Shown: positions 36,633 through 46,276, numbered from the stretch's first letter. The stretch: 64,000 nucleotides of DNA from Thermoplasmata archaeon (GCA_035502475.1 DATJUJ010000036.1:66357-130356); one strand, 5' to 3'. The notes: generated by a model not told the origin, from the sequence alone. Made by a program: numbers and translations.

Positions 36633-36791
36633 GCTCTGGTCCCGGGCCTACGGTGCCGTTACTTAAGGGCGGTCGATTCGAGTGGCGACGGGGGTCGTCG
36701 GCTCCCCGGTCCTCGAGGGGAGAACGCGCGTGGTTAACAACCCTTATTACCTCAACCCGTTCTTGCCGCCCCTCGAGAGCGAGGCATAGAC

Positions 36792-37025
36792 GTGGCCATC
36801 GGCTTCGTACTGATCAGCACGGCTCCGGCCAAGGAGCACGAGGTGTACACCGAACTGCTCCGGGTCAAGGGGATCGTCGAGCTCCACCCCCTGTTCGGGG
36901 AGTACGACCTCATCGCGAAGGTCGAGGCCGAGGACTTCAACGCCCTGGGCCAGCTCGTCGTCGACAAGATCCGGTCCGTGCCGGGCGTCATCGACACCAA
37001 GACCCTCACCGGCATCAAATTCTGA
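36792..37025 (+). CDS. Stand-alone Lrp/AsnC ligand-binding (RAM) domain protein
   Basis: 77-aa ORF. FVLISTAPAKEHEVYTELLRVKGIVELHPLFGEYDLIAKVEA..VVDKIRSVPGVIDTKTL is the classic RAM fold sequence. Confidence 0.8.
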   Translation: MAIGFVLISTAPAKEHEVYTELLRVKGIVELHPLFGEYDLIAKVEAEDFNALGQLVVDKIRSVPGVIDTKTLTGIKF

Positions 37026-37035
37026 AAGGTCTCGT

Positions 37036-37368
37036 ATGCTCGAAATGATCGCTACCACGGTGGCCATTGGCGGCTGGCAGTTCCTGACGATCCTCTTGCT
37101 GGTCTTCGGGCTGTTCCTTATCCTCGCCGGGATCTTCACGGCGTACTTCGGGAGCGGGAAGAGCCGGACGATCGGGGTCGCCCTCCTCGTCGCCGGTCTC
37201 GTGGTCGGCATTCTCGCGGGCTACCTCTACCACACCGGGGCGCTCAACAACGGGACCTCGGGCCAGCTCGGCGCGCTCATCTGGGAGTCGTTCCTCGTGA
37301 TCGTCGCCGCCGTGATCGGCGCCCTCGTCGCGGTCGGGATCTTCCTGGTCGCGATCATGAAGTCGTAG
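37036..37368 (+). CDS. Small integral membrane protein (3-4 TM), unknown function
   Basis: 110-aa hydrophobic ORF 10 nt after the RAM gene. Confidence 0.6.
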   Translation: MLEMIATTVAIGGWQFLTILLLVFGLFLILAGIFTAYFGSGKSRTIGVALLVAGLVVGILAGYLYHTGALNNGTSGQLGALIWESFLVIVAAVIGALVAVGIFLVAIMKS

Positions 37369-37390
37369 ACCCGACCCCGGTGGGCCGCCC

Positions 37391-38254
37391 GTGGCGCGAG
37401 CGCGCCGAACGCCCCCGCGCCTGGTGACCCTCGCGTCCGACGTCGGCGCGGCGTACGCCGCCCAGATGAAGGCGGTGCTCGCCCGCCGACTCCCTCCGGG
37501 CCTCGTCGTCGACCTGGTCCACGATCTCGCCCCGCACGACGTGCGCGAGGCCGGCTTCCTGGTGCGGGCGATGGGCCAGGGCTTCCCGGCCGGGACGGTC
37601 CATCTCGTGGTCGTCGACCCCGGGGTCGGTGGCCGGCGCGCCCCGATCGCGGTCGCGTGCCGGGACGGCTCGGCGCTCGTGGGCCCCAACAACGGGGTAT
37701 TGGAACCGCTCGCCCGCGCCCTGGGTCGGCCCCGCGCGTACCGTCTCTCCCCCGAACGGCTCCCCACTCCTGCGGCGCGAGTGGGCACCACGTTCGACGG
37801 GCGGGACCTGTTCGCGCCGGCGGCCGCCGCGATCGCGCTCGGGACGCGCCCCGCCGCGCTCGGCCCCCCGATCGCTCTGCGGGCGCTCGCCCGGGCGGAG
37901 CCGCGACGCGGTCGCGGCGTCTTGCGCGGGGAGATCGTGCACGTGGACCGGTTCGGCAACCTCGTCACGAACCTGCCGTCCGGCTGGGCCCCGCCGCCCG
38001 GCCGGTCGCTCACCGTGACCCTCGGCGGCCGGCGGATCGGCCGGCTCCCGGTCACGACGCACTACGAGGCGCTCGGCCAGGGCCGGGCCGGGATCCTCGG
38101 CTCAAGCTTCGGCCTCCTCGAGATCGCGGTCCGTGAGGGGCGCGCAGCCGAGCGCTTCCGGGCCCGCGTCGGCCTCGCGGTGACCCTCGCCGCGACGCCG
38201 GCTTCCCGACGCGCCACTAGCACGGTAAATACCGTCCCCTCTAGGAGACGGTAG
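37391..38254 (+). CDS. SAM hydroxide adenosyltransferase (DUF62, fluorinase/chlorinase-like) family protein
   Basis: Motifs [51 protein letters not shown]. Confidence 0.8.
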   Translation: MARARRTPPRLVTLASDVGAAYAAQMKAVLARRLPPGLVVDLVHDLAPHDVREAGFLVRAMGQGFPAGTVHLVVVDPGVGGRRAPIAVACRDGSALVGPNNGVLEPLARALGRPRAYRLSPERLPTPAARVGTTFDGRDLFAPAAAAIALGTRPAALGPPIALRALARAEPRRGRGVLRGEIVHVDRFGNLVTNLPSGWAPPPGRSLTVTLGGRRIGRLPVTTHYEALGQGRAGILGSSFGLLEIAVREGRAAERFRARVGLAVTLAATPASRRATSTVNTVPSRRR

Positions 38255-38279
38255 CCTTCTCGCTCCGGGACGGACGGTC

Positions 38280-39422
38280 ATGGCCAAACGCGACTACTAC
38301 GAGATCCTCGGCGTGCCGAAGACCGCCTCCGAGGACGAGATCAAGCAGGCGTACCGGAAGCTTGCCCGGCTCTACCACCCCGACGTCGCCAAGGAGAACC
38401 CGAAGGTCGCGGAAGAGAAGTTCAAGGAGCTGAGCGAGGCGTACGAGGTCCTCGTCGATCCGGCGAAGCGTCAGCGCTACGACCAGATGGGCTTCTCGGG
38501 GGTGGAGACCGACTTCGGACCCGGCGGCTTCGACTGGCAGAACTTCACCCACGTCGGCGACCTCGAGGACCTGTTCGGCTCCTCGCCGATCTTCCAGCAG
38601 CTGTTCGGGAACCTCGGGGGATCGTTCATCGGGGGTCGTCCTCCGGGGCCGATGCGGGGCGGCGACGTCGAGGTGACGCTGCGGCTCCCGCTCGCGGCCG
38701 CGGTCGAGGGCGCGCACCCGATGATCGACGTGCCGCGGACCGAGCGCTGCCCGGACTGCCGGGGGACCGGCGCGGAGCACGGCACGGCGCTCGAGACGTG
38801 CCCCGAGTGCCACGGCCAGGGCCAGGTGCGCCACGTCCAGAAGCGGGGGTTCACCCAGCTCGTCACCGTCGGCGTCTGCCCGCGCTGCCGGGGCGCGGGG
38901 CGGATCATCCTCAAGGCGTGCCCGACCTGCCGCGGGACCGGACGCCTCCGCAAGGTCGAACGTCTCGAGGTGACCGTGCCACCGGGCATGGAGGACGGCC
39001 AGGTGCTCCGCGTGCCCGGGCACGGGTCCGAGGGGGAGCCCGGCGCGTCGCCGGGGGACCTCTACGTGCAGGTGACGTTCGAGGGGTCGGACCGGATCCA
39101 CCGGGAAGGCCAGCATGCCTACACCGAGACGACGATCCCGCTCGCGACGGCGCTGCTCGGCGGCGAGGTGACCGTCGCCACGATCGACGGCCAGGCGACC
39201 GTAAAGATCCCGGCCGGCACGCAACCCGAGACCCAGTTCCGCATCCGGGGCCAGGGGTTCCCGCGGTTCCGCGGGGGCTCCCGCGGCGACCTGTTCGTGA
39301 CCGCGCACATCGAGATCCCGCGCGCGCTCTCGGGCCGGGAGAAGGAGCTCGTGCGCGAGGCGTTCGGCGGGGCGACCGCGGCGCCCCGCAAGGAGTCGAT
39401 CTTCCATCGCCGGGCTCCGTGA
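38280..39422 (+). CDS. dnaJ: Molecular chaperone DnaJ (type I)
   Basis: J domain [33 protein letters not shown] region. Four CxxCxGxG repeats ([32 protein letters not shown]). Confidence 0.95.
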   Translation: MAKRDYYEILGVPKTASEDEIKQAYRKLARLYHPDVAKENPKVAEEKFKELSEAYEVLVDPAKRQRYDQMGFSGVETDFGPGGFDWQNFTHVGDLEDLFGSSPIFQQLFGNLGGSFIGGRPPGPMRGGDVEVTLRLPLAAAVEGAHPMIDVPRTERCPDCRGTGAEHGTALETCPECHGQGQVRHVQKRGFTQLVTVGVCPRCRGAGRIILKACPTCRGTGRLRKVERLEVTVPPGMEDGQVLRVPGHGSEGEPGASPGDLYVQVTFEGSDRIHREGQHAYTETTIPLATALLGGEVTVATIDGQATVKIPAGTQPETQFRIRGQGFPRFRGGSRGDLFVTAHIEIPRALSGREKELVREAFGGATAAPRKESIFHRRAP

Positions 39423-39423
39423 G

Positions 39424-40110
39424 ATGGACGACGACCGCCCGACCGGGCCCGACCAGTACTTCACGGAGCGGCCTCGGTCCCGGTCCGCCCGCTCGGAGCG
39501 CCGGTTCCTCTACCGGGGCGAGCTCCTGAGCTTCACCGTGGACCGGGGGATCTTCTCCTCGCACGGGCTCGACCCGGGGACGTCCCTCCTCATCGAGAAC
39601 CTGGGGATCCGGCGGACCGACCGGGTCCTCGACCTCGGCTGCGGCTGGGGCGCGGTCGGCGTCGCCGCCGCGAAGGCGGCCCGGGACGGCCACGTCGTCC
39701 TGACCGAGGTCAACCGGCGCGCCGCCCGCCTCGCCCGCGAGAACGTCGCCCGGAACGGGATCGGGAACGCGGAGGTCCGGGTGGGGCCCGGCTTCGAGCC
39801 CGTCCCGGGCGAGCGGTTCGATGTCATCGCGACGAACCCGCCGTTCCGGGTCGGCCGTGCGGTCGTGCTCGAACTGCTCGCCGCGGCGGCGGAGCATCTC
39901 GTCGACGGGGGCCGGCTCGTCCTGGTCGGCAAGGGCAGCCAGGGGATCCGGTTCTACCAGCGCTGGCTCGAGGAGCACTGGCCCGGGACCGTTTCGGTGC
40001 TCGGCCGCGGGTCGGGCTACCGCGTGGTCGAGGCACGCCGGGCGGCCTCCGCGCCCGCCCCACCGCCCCCGGCCGCGTCGCGACGACGCGCTCCGCTCCG
40101 AAGCGCTTAA
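39424..40110 (+). CDS. Class I SAM-dependent methyltransferase (RsmC/RlmG-like MTS domain)
   Basis: Motifs VLDLGCGWGAVGV and the catalytic NPPF tetrad (DVIATNPPFRVG). Confidence 0.8.
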   Translation: MDDDRPTGPDQYFTERPRSRSARSERRFLYRGELLSFTVDRGIFSSHGLDPGTSLLIENLGIRRTDRVLDLGCGWGAVGVAAAKAARDGHVVLTEVNRRAARLARENVARNGIGNAEVRVGPGFEPVPGERFDVIATNPPFRVGRAVVLELLAAAAEHLVDGGRLVLVGKGSQGIRFYQRWLEEHWPGTVSVLGRGSGYRVVEARRAASAPAPPPPAASRRRAPLRSA

Positions 40111-40152
40111 AAAGGCCGGGCTGCTCGGCGGCCGCGCTCCCGACCCGGGGGA

Positions 40153-40977
40153 GTGAACGGCGGGACCTCCCGTCGCCCACGGTCCCGGTTCGGCCGCATC
40201 GTCCCCTCAAGGGGAGTGAGTCCCGCGCCCAAGGAAACGAAGGACCCGAAGGAGGAAGCGGCCGCGCCGGCGGCGAATGCCGGGCCGGAGGCCGTTCCCG
40301 AGAAGGGGGCCCGCAAGGACAAGGGCGGCAAGGGCAAGGACTCGAAGGACGGCAAGGACGCGAAGGAGCCCGGCAAGGGGAAGGGCAAGGGCGCTCCCGG
40401 CACGGGCAAGGCCGCGAAGTACGTCCCCGACAACCCCAACTTCCGCTACATCGTGCGCGTCGCGAACTCGGACCTCGACGGGACCCGCCCCGTGGCGCTC
40501 GCCCTGACGGGCGTTCGCGGCGTCGGCCTCCGCATCGCCGAGGTGACGTGCCGGCTCGCGGGGGTCAACGGGGCCGAGCGGATCGGCAACCTCCCCGAGG
40601 CGACGGTCGAGGGGATCGAACAGACGCTCGCGACCCTGCCCACCAAGGTGCCGGGATGGATGGTCGACCACCGCGGGGAACCGTTCCTCGGCGAGTCCCT
40701 CCACCTCTACGGACCGGACCTCGAGACCCGTCGGCGGGACGACGTGAACGTGATGAAGATGGTCCGCAGCTACCGCGGCGTCCGCCACGAGCGGGGCCAG
40801 AAGGTGCGCGGGCAACGGACCCGGTCGAACGGCCGGACCGGCATGGCCGCCGGGGTCCTCAAGAAGGCCGCCAAGGAAGCGGCGGCCGCGTCCGGCAAGG
40901 AGGAGGCGCCCGCCGCGGCCGCCCCCGCCGCGCCGGCCGCGCCCGCCGCGAAGGCGCCGGCCGCCAAGAAGGAGTGA
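40153..40977 (+). CDS. rps13: 30S ribosomal protein S13 (uS13) with long low-complexity N- and C-terminal extensions
   Basis: Core FRYIVRVANSDLDGTRPV..GVRGVGLR..YRGVRHERGQKVRGQRTRSNGRTG. The only in-frame canonical starts upstream of the core are GTG 40153 and GTG 40216. First gene of the S13-S4-S11-RpoD block. Confidence 0.88.
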   Translation: MNGGTSRRPRSRFGRIVPSRGVSPAPKETKDPKEEAAAPAANAGPEAVPEKGARKDKGGKGKDSKDGKDAKEPGKGKGKGAPGTGKAAKYVPDNPNFRYIVRVANSDLDGTRPVALALTGVRGVGLRIAEVTCRLAGVNGAERIGNLPEATVEGIEQTLATLPTKVPGWMVDHRGEPFLGESLHLYGPDLETRRRDDVNVMKMVRSYRGVRHERGQKVRGQRTRSNGRTGMAAGVLKKAAKEAAAASGKEEAPAAAAPAAPAAPAAKAPAAKKE

Positions 40978-40984
40978 CGCGGCG

Positions 40985-41584
40985 ATGGGCGATCCCAAGT
41001 TCCTGCGCCGGACCTACGACACGCCGAAGCACCCGTGGGAAGCCGGTCGGATGGCGGAGGAACGGAAGCTCCTCGCCAAGTACGGCCTCAAGAACAAGCG
41101 CGAGCTGTGGAAAGCGCAGTCCATCCTCCGCCGGTTCCGCGGCCAGGCGCGCGAGCTCCAGGCCCGCCTGCGCGCCGGCGAGACCCAGGCCGAGCGGGAG
41201 ACCACGCTGCTGCTCGCGCGGCTCACCCGGCTCGGCGTGCTGCCGGTCGGCTCGCCCACGATCGACGACGTGCTCGCCCTCACGACGGAGGACGTCCTGC
41301 AGCGCCGGTTCGAGTGGATCGTCTTCACCCGGTCGATGGCCCCCACGCCGTTCGCGGCGCGGCAATGGATCGTCCACGGGCACTTCTCGATCGGCGATCA
41401 CCGGATGACCCGTCCCGGCTACCTGGTCCCGTCGAACGAGGAAGGCGCGATCGCCTACACGCCCACGAGCCCGTACGCGAGCGACGATCACTCGGTGCGG
41501 GTCGCCCTGCGGGACCGCCTGCAGAGCCGCCCCACGTCGGCGCAGGTCGAGGCGACGCCCGCCGAGGGACCGGGGGGCGCGTAG
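40985..41584 (+). CDS. rps4: 30S ribosomal protein S4 (uS4)
   Basis: Motifs GDPKFLRRTYDTPKHPW, YGLKNKRELWKA. Confidence 0.93.
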   Translation: MGDPKFLRRTYDTPKHPWEAGRMAEERKLLAKYGLKNKRELWKAQSILRRFRGQARELQARLRAGETQAERETTLLLARLTRLGVLPVGSPTIDDVLALTTEDVLQRRFEWIVFTRSMAPTPFAARQWIVHGHFSIGDHRMTRPGYLVPSNEEGAIAYTPTSPYASDDHSVRVALRDRLQSRPTSAQVEATPAEGPGGA

Positions 41585-41587
41585 GCG

Positions 41588-41971
41588 ATGACGAAGATCG
41601 GCATCGCGCACATCTTCGCGAGCTACAACAACATCCACATCACCGTCACCGACATCACCGGCGCCGAGACCCTCGCGAAGGCGACCGGCGGCATGGTGGT
41701 CAAGGCCGCCCGGGACGAGTCGAGCCCGTACGCCGCGATGAAGGCCGCCGACCAGATCGCGGCCGTGATCAAGGAGAAGGGGTACGACACGCTGCACGTC
41801 CGGGTCCGCGCGCCCGGCGGCAACCGCTCCCGCTCGCCGGGCCCGGGGGCCCAGGCCGCGATCCGCGCGCTCGCGCGCGCCGGTGTCAAGATCCAGCGCA
41901 TCGAGGACGTGACCCCCGTCCCGCACGACGGCACCAAGCCGAAGGGCGGCCGCCGGGGCCGGAGGGTGTAG
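41588..41971 (+). CDS. rps11: 30S ribosomal protein S11 (uS11)
   Basis: Motifs [43 protein letters not shown]. Confidence 0.93.
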   Translation: MTKIGIAHIFASYNNIHITVTDITGAETLAKATGGMVVKAARDESSPYAAMKAADQIAAVIKEKGYDTLHVRVRAPGGNRSRSPGPGAQAAIRALARAGVKIQRIEDVTPVPHDGTKPKGGRRGRRV

Positions 41972-41972
41972 G

Positions 41973-42818
41973 ATGCCGGTCACGATCGAGGAGCTGACGC
42001 CGCGCCAGACGCGGCTCGAGATCAGCGGTGCGACGGCCTCCCAGGTGAACGCGGTCCGCCGCACGCTCCTCGCCGACGTCCCGAAGCTCGCCATCGAGGA
42101 CGTCGAGTTCCACCTGGGGCCGATCCGCGACGAGACGACGGGCAAGGACTACGACTCTTCGACGAGCATGTTCGACGAGGCGGTCGCGCTGCGCCTCGGG
42201 CTGCTGCCGATCCCGACCGACCTCGGCCAGTTCCGCCGCAAGGCGGAATGCGACTGCGCGGGCGCGGGATGCGCCCACTGCCAGGTCATGTTCTCCGTCG
42301 ACAAGAAGGGCCCGTGCACCGTGTACGCGAAGGACGTCGTGCCGCTCGGCGATGCGACCCTCGCGATCCTCGAACCCGACGTGCCGATCGTCCGCCTCGG
42401 CGCCCGCCAGGCACTGCTCGCCTACGCGACGGCGACGGTCGGGAGCGCGCGCGACCACGCGAAGTGGCAGGTGGCGCACGGCGTCGGGATGTACCCGCGG
42501 CCGCACGTCCGGATCCAGAAGAAGGAAGGGACGAGCGACGCGACGCTGAAGCGCGCCGCCGCGGCGTGCCCGGTCAACATCCTCGAGTTCGCCTCGGGCA
42601 AGCTCACGGTCACGGACGAGACGAAGTGCATCTTCTGCGGCGCCTGTGAGCGGATCGCCGACGACGGCTCGATCAAGATCGAGGCCGACGAGGAGGACTT
42701 CTTCCTCCGGTTCGAGACCGACGGATCGCTCTCCGCGCGCGAGGCGCTCCGCTTCGCGCTCAAGAACCTCAAGGCGCGCTACGAGGACCTGCGCGAGGCG
42801 ATCCAGGCGATCCCGTAG
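41973..42818 (+). CDS. rpoD: DNA-directed RNA polymerase subunit D (Rpo3) with ferredoxin-like Fe-S domain
   Basis: Conserved position after rps11. Motifs NAVRRTLLADVP and Cys clusters CDCAGAGCAHC and CPVN..CIFCGACE. Confidence 0.9.
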   Translation: MPVTIEELTPRQTRLEISGATASQVNAVRRTLLADVPKLAIEDVEFHLGPIRDETTGKDYDSSTSMFDEAVALRLGLLPIPTDLGQFRRKAECDCAGAGCAHCQVMFSVDKKGPCTVYAKDVVPLGDATLAILEPDVPIVRLGARQALLAYATATVGSARDHAKWQVAHGVGMYPRPHVRIQKKEGTSDATLKRAAAACPVNILEFASGKLTVTDETKCIFCGACERIADDGSIKIEADEEDFFLRFETDGSLSAREALRFALKNLKARYEDLREAIQAIP

Positions 42819-43878
42819 CGCGGGTCGGGCTCACCCAGTCCCAGCGCAGGATCGCCGCGACCCGTCCGAGGCCGGCGAGCCGCTTGCCGGCTTCCCCTTC
42901 GTCCCGGACCACGAACAGCCGGACGCGCGCCGCGCGGGCCCGGTCGAGCATCGGCGCGAGCGCGGGGTCGGCGAGCAACGACTCGGAGAGCAGGATCAGC
43001 TCCGCGGCGCCCGCGTCGATCGCCTCGCCGACCTCGCGGGGACCGACCGCCGCGCGCACGCCGCCCGCGAGCGAGCGGACGAGGCGCTCGACCATCTCGG
43101 CCTCCTCGGCGGCGACGCTCCCGCGGAGCGCCTCGGTCGCCTTGCCGGAGCGCAGCAGCTCGTCGATCCCGACGCGCCCCGACTCCGCCGTCGGGTAGAC
43201 CTTGAGCTTCTTCGCGACGGCCGGATCGTCCTCCTGGAGCCGCCGGACGAGGTGCTCCTTCAGGAACCCCGGTCCCGCGATCACCACCGCGGTCGCGTTC
43301 GGCCCCTCGCGGCGGACGACGCTCGCGAGCTCGTCGAGGTAGGTGCGTCGGTCCTTCTCGGCCTGCCCTCCCTCGTACTGCTTGCCGGCGATCGTGCGGC
43401 GGATGTCCGCGACCGGCTCGATCGCGCGACCGCGCAGCCGCACGAACGACGAGTCGCCCCAGTCGACCGCGCCCAGCAGGATCGTGGGGTCGCCGGTCCC
43501 CTGGAGCCCCTCGTCGAGGATCGCCCGCTCGGCGGCCGAGAGCGTCGGCTTCGCGACCACGACGTCGTCGCCCTCCGCGAGGTCGAGCGTGTGGTGGCGG
43601 CCCAGGTCGAACGGGCCCTCGACGATCGGTCCGGTGATGCGGACGTGCTTCGAGAAGCCGTGGAACTCGACCTGCTCGGCCCGCACGACCAGGAACACGC
43701 GTCGCCGCTCGCGTTCGGCGCCCGCCACCTCCGCCGGGGCCTCGGGGTCCCGACGGGTCGTGGACGCGCCCACGGTGTCGCCGGGGCGGACGAGCCGTGC
43801 GATCCGCCAGAGGTCGCTCGGCGTCTCCAGCCGAAGCTTGAGGGTGCCGGTGTTGGCGTCCCGATGCACGAGCCGCAC
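42769..43878 (-). CDS. pelA: Pelota (Dom34-type mRNA surveillance factor)
   Basis: GTG 43878 in frame in track ORF 42769..44043. Motifs LKLRLETPSDLWRIARLVRPGD, VIAGPGFLKE, eRF1-like C-terminal domain. 50-nt convergent overlap with rpoD. Confidence 0.85.
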   Translation of the reverse strand: MRLVHRDANTGTLKLRLETPSDLWRIARLVRPGDTVGASTTRRDPEAPAEVAGAERERRRVFLVVRAEQVEFHGFSKHVRITGPIVEGPFDLGRHHTLDLAEGDDVVVAKPTLSAAERAILDEGLQGTGDPTILLGAVDWGDSSFVRLRGRAIEPVADIRRTIAGKQYEGGQAEKDRRTYLDELASVVRREGPNATAVVIAGPGFLKEHLVRRLQEDDPAVAKKLKVYPTAESGRVGIDELLRSGKATEALRGSVAAEEAEMVERLVRSLAGGVRAAVGPREVGEAIDAGAAELILLSESLLADPALAPMLDRARAARVRLFVVRDEGEAGKRLAGLGRVAAILRWDWVSPTRATGSPGSPRAGPRSAP

Positions 43879-43943
43879 GGTGCGCCCCGCCGGCGCAGGA
43901 CGGGCGACGCTTAAAGGGGCTCGCGCGGGCCGGGCCCGGTCCG

Positions 43944-45338
43944 GTGCGGCCGGCGCGATACTTTTATCGCGCACGGGACGGCTCGGGAGGCCCCGGTGGG
44001 GGGGAGCCCCTGGCGAGCTATCGAGCGCTGTTCCGCCAGCCATCGTTCCCGGCGTTCTTCTGGGCCGGGGCGCTCCAGTTCGCGGCCCCCGCGAGCGTGC
44101 TCGTGGTCCTCCTGTTCTCGATCGCGTTCGCCTACCCGGCGGACCAGCGCACGACCTTCGGCGCGCTCGCGCTCGCCTTCCTGGGCCTCTCGTCCGCCCT
44201 CCCCACGCTCGGGAGCGCGTTCTTCTCCGGGGCCCTCGCGGACCGGTACGACCGCGCCGACCTGATGCGGGGCGTCAACGTCCTCGCCCTCCTCGCGACG
44301 GCCGCGATCGCGGTCGTGCTCGTGTACGCGCCCGGGACCCGCGTCCCGCTCCCCGGGCCGGCCGGGTTCTACCTGCCCCTGTGGGTGCTGCTGCTCTACC
44401 CCGGCTGGGCCGCGGTGACGGTCTCGTCGACGCTCTTTCGGCCCGCGTTCAACCCGTCGGTCTCGCGCGTCGTCCCCCCCGAGCTCCTGGCCACGGCGAA
44501 CGGGACCATCTACGCGGTCGCGGGGGTCGTGGCCGCGGCCGCGACCCTGGCGGTCGGCGTCCTCCTGACGGTCGCCCCGGTCGTCTGGGCGCTCACGATC
44601 CCGTTCGCGCTGTTCTTCCTGACCCAGATCGCGCTCTCCGTGCTGCGCGCCGACCTGACCGTCCGGCGATCGGCGCCGTCGCACTCCCTGCTCGCGGACG
44701 CCCGGGAGGGCTTCGCCTACCTCGCGGAGCGCCGGGAGATCCTCGAGATCACGATCGCCGCGCTCGTCCTCAACTTCTTCTCGGCGGTCGCGCTGGTCGA
44801 GCTGGCGCTCTACGCCGCCTCGTGGCTCGATCTCGCCCAGGGCTACTGGTACGGGGCGCTCGTCGCAACCATGACCATCGGCTCGTCGGTCGGACTCGTC
44901 CTGATCCCGAAGATCCGGTTCGAGCATCGCGCCGGCCGGGTCCTCCTGTTGCTCATGCTCGTGATGGGGCTCGCCCTGGTCGCCCTCGCGCTCGTCCGCT
45001 CGGTCTGGTTCGCGCTGCCGATCGTCTTCGTCTACGGGATGGTCCCCGGCATGTTCATGACGGTGTTCCTCACGACCGTGCAGGCGACCGTCCCCGACGA
45101 GAAGATGGGCCGCGTCTTCTCCGCCGACGAGGTCGGGAGCTACGCGTTGGTGCCGGTCGGCCAGTACGCGGGCGGCCTCCTGACCGTCGCGATCGGCGTG
45201 CAGGGCACCTACCTCGCCTCCGGGGTCGCGATCGCCCTGTTCGGGGTGATGGCGGCCGCGTCGTTCCGCGCCCTGAGGGGGCTCAAGTACCGGACCGCCG
45301 CCCCGGTCGAGCCGACCGAGGGCGCCGCGCCCGCCTAG
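43944..45338 (+). CDS. MFS transporter (EntS/MFS_3-like)
   Basis: 464-aa hydrophobic ORF. YRALFRQPSFPAFFWAGAL N-terminus and the GALADRYDR motif-A loop. GTG 43944 is the only canonical in-frame start before TM1. Confidence 0.8.
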   Translation: MRPARYFYRARDGSGGPGGGEPLASYRALFRQPSFPAFFWAGALQFAAPASVLVVLLFSIAFAYPADQRTTFGALALAFLGLSSALPTLGSAFFSGALADRYDRADLMRGVNVLALLATAAIAVVLVYAPGTRVPLPGPAGFYLPLWVLLLYPGWAAVTVSSTLFRPAFNPSVSRVVPPELLATANGTIYAVAGVVAAAATLAVGVLLTVAPVVWALTIPFALFFLTQIALSVLRADLTVRRSAPSHSLLADAREGFAYLAERREILEITIAALVLNFFSAVALVELALYAASWLDLAQGYWYGALVATMTIGSSVGLVLIPKIRFEHRAGRVLLLLMLVMGLALVALALVRSVWFALPIVFVYGMVPGMFMTVFLTTVQATVPDEKMGRVFSADEVGSYALVPVGQYAGGLLTVAIGVQGTYLASGVAIALFGVMAAASFRALRGLKYRTAAPVEPTEGAAPA

Positions 45339-46276
45339 GCCGACGGGACGAGCGGCACGCGCCCGCGATCGTACCATCCGGGGCTTGGGCCCAGGCTCCG
45401 CACGAACCCGATCGACTCGTAGAGCCGCAGGGCCGGGACGTTCTCGTCCGTCACGTTGAGCACGGCGACCGTCTCGCCGGCGGCCCGCAGGGCGACCAGG
45501 CTCCGCCCGAGCACCGCCCGCCCGAGCCCCCGCCCGCGCTCGGCGGGGTCGACCATCACGTCCGCGATGAGGGGGCCATACGGCGCGTCCACGAGGAACG
45601 TGGCCGCGACGAGCCGCCCCCCGTCCTCCGCGGCGACCGAGCAGTCCAAGCGGGGAGGCCCCCACTGTCCGTCGAACAGCTCCCCGACGAGCTGGGCCGC
45701 GTCCCGCGCGTCGTCCGGATCCCGGTAGAACAGGTACCGGTCGAGGAGGCCGCGGTAGGCGCGGGCATGCAGCGCCGCGAGCGGTCCCCGGTCCTCTTCG
45801 GTCACCGGGCGCAACGTGACGCCGGCGGGCGCCGCTCCGCTCGGCGGCGGCCGGTCGGCCGGATACCGCATCTCGCTTCGGGCGAACGGGGTGAACCCCC
45901 GGGCCGCCATCGCCCGCCCCTGCTCCGGCCCCGGCACGCCGGGCCAGATCCCGGGAGCGAACGCGACGGGTCCCCCCGACCCGCCGATCGCGTCGAGCGC
46001 CTCCGTGTAGCGGGCGACCGTCTGCTCCCCGACGTCCAGCGCGAGCAGCTCGAGCGTGAGGCCGAGCGGGCTCGTAGGGTCCCAGAGCGCGACCCCGACC
46101 GTCCGCTCCCCGTCCGCGAGCAGCGCTCCCGGTGCGTCGCCCGACCGGACGGACTCCGCGAGCCCGGGCAGGCGACGGGCCGTCTCCTCCGCGGAGAGCT
46201 CGAACGAGGGCAGCGCGACCGCGATCCGACGGACCGCCGCCTCGGGGTCGCTCGTCAACGGCACGAGTCGAAGCAC
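45335..46276 (-). CDS. GNAT-family N-acetyltransferase (two GNAT-like halves)
   Basis: C-terminal half has the acetyl-CoA motif MVDPAERGRGLGRAVL and NVPALRLYESIGF. Confidence 0.75.
   Translation of the reverse strand: MLRLVPLTSDPEAAVRRIAVALPSFELSAEETARRLPGLAESVRSGDAPGALLADGERTVGVALWDPTSPLGLTLELLALDVGEQTVARYTEALDAIGGSGGPVAFAPGIWPGVPGPEQGRAMAARGFTPFARSEMRYPADRPPPSGAAPAGVTLRPVTEEDRGPLAALHARAYRGLLDRYLFYRDPDDARDAAQLVGELFDGQWGPPRLDCSVAAEDGGRLVAATFLVDAPYGPLIADVMVDPAERGRGLGRAVLGRSLVALRAAGETVAVLNVTDENVPALRLYESIGFVRSLGPSPGWYDRGRVPLVPSA

Noticed and set aside
34021-36737. 863-aa (-) and 856-aa (+) ORFs over citrate synthase and the MFS gene. Likewise 3932..5659, 4039..5394, 12340..13941, 19628..21958, 19882..22524, 54557..56755, 54829..56901, 57857..60103 and 59713..61284.
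   Set aside because: The reasoning is the same: no motifs, extreme Arg/Pro/Gly bias, and complete overlap with genes that have strong family signatures.
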